A stretch of DNA of 64,000 bases from Candidatus Hinthialibacter antarcticus (lineage in GTDB: Bacteria; Hinthialibacterota; Hinthialibacteria; Hinthialibacterales; Hinthialibacteraceae), in assembly GCA_030765645.1 (NCBI GenBank), contig JAVCCE010000054.1, positions 3,568 to 67,567 on the forward strand, read 5' to 3'. Both the position numbers and the translations under genes were made by a program. Each line of letters opens with the position of its first letter. Position 1 is the first letter of the stretch. Under the pieces are notes generated by a model. It made no database searches and was not told the origin of the DNA. It saw nothing but the letters and a program-made list of their open reading frames with translations. Positions 63,435 to 64,000 of the stretch are shown here, one piece after another.

Positions 63435-64000
63435 CCCGATTTCGGACCATCGAGCATAGCCGCAACCATTCGTTCAGCCCCGCTGGGTTAGACTTTCTTA
63501 CCGTGAAAAGCCCCGCCTTACAATCGCGCGCGGATGTTTGCGTTTATGAAAGCGCCAGTTTGAAGAACCATTCCTCCGCGCCAATTACAATCTTGCTTCA
63601 TGGCGTTTATGGCAGTTGCTGGTCGTGGGCGTTGAGCGGCGGCGCGCATGTCGCGCTTGAGTCAATGATAGAAGATGGACTGGCGGCGCCCATGCTTTTG
63701 GTTATGCCCTCGGATGGGCTGTGGGGCGATGGCAGCGGTTATGTAGACCATGGCGAGAAAAATTTTGAACGCTGGATCGTCGAAGACGTGATCGCGCTCA
63801 TTCGACAGACCTACTCCTGCGTAGACGAACGGTCTCCTGTTTCTATTGCCGGGCTTTCGATGGGAGGATTCGGCGCATTGCGGCTTGGCGCGAAATATCC
63901 AGATGTGTTCAACGCGTTTTATGGCTTTTCGTCAATCACTGATTTTGATCAGTTGCGTCTTTTCGTTGAAGAACCGTTAGAAACATACAATCTTAAAAAT
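63431..64000 (+). CDS. Alpha/beta-hydrolase esterase, 5' part (runs off window; absent from the ORF track)
   Basis: ATGA overlap with the ADH stop; translates MTRFRTIEH...LLHGVYGS.W.W...MPSDGLWGDGSGY...AGLSMGGFGAL (GxSxG). Confidence 0.88.
   Translation, partial: MTRFRTIEHSRNHSFSPAGLDFLTVKSPALQSRADVCVYESASLKNHSSAPITILLHGVYGSCWSWALSGGAHVALESMIEDGLAAPMLLVMPSDGLWGDGSGYVDHGEKNFERWIVEDVIALIRQTYSCVDERSPVSIAGLSMGGFGALRLGAKYPDVFNAFYGFSSITDFDQLRLFVEEPLETYNLKN

Overview
Bacterial chromosomal window, densely coding, from a polysaccharide-degrading diderm; the Tat sulfatases, HEAT, FG-GAP and ASPIC proteins look PVC or candidate-phylum-like (taxon is inference only). It encodes a GlnA4-type gamma-glutamylation operon, many secreted glycan and sulfate-ester enzymes (sulfatase-GH78 fusion, GH78, GH31, BNR sialidase-like, GxGYxYP protein, two more sulfatases, esterases), and a CzcCBA-type metal efflux system with a Cys-rich leader gene. 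It also holds a sigma-54-controlled 'orange protein (orp)'-like cluster ending in a truncated MBL gene, an ECF sigma/anti-sigma unit divergent from a TolC-MFP-ABC exporter, and a Zn-ADH/esterase pair at the right edge. The most striking non-coding signal is a ~262-bp non-autonomous element present seven times. It has ISL3-like terminal inverted repeats, near-perfect 8-bp target duplications in two intact copies, and a nested ~85-nt hairpin whose core is flipped in one copy. Also readable from the DNA: paired ECF promoters, a sigma-54 promoter with candidate enhancer sites, a 20-bp motif shared upstream of two sulfatases, and a secreted protein of three apparently circularly permuted repeats with a V-x-x-W-x-x-Y tail. 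No rRNA, tRNA, CRISPR array or transposase was seen. All family assignments come from motif recognition, not database searches.
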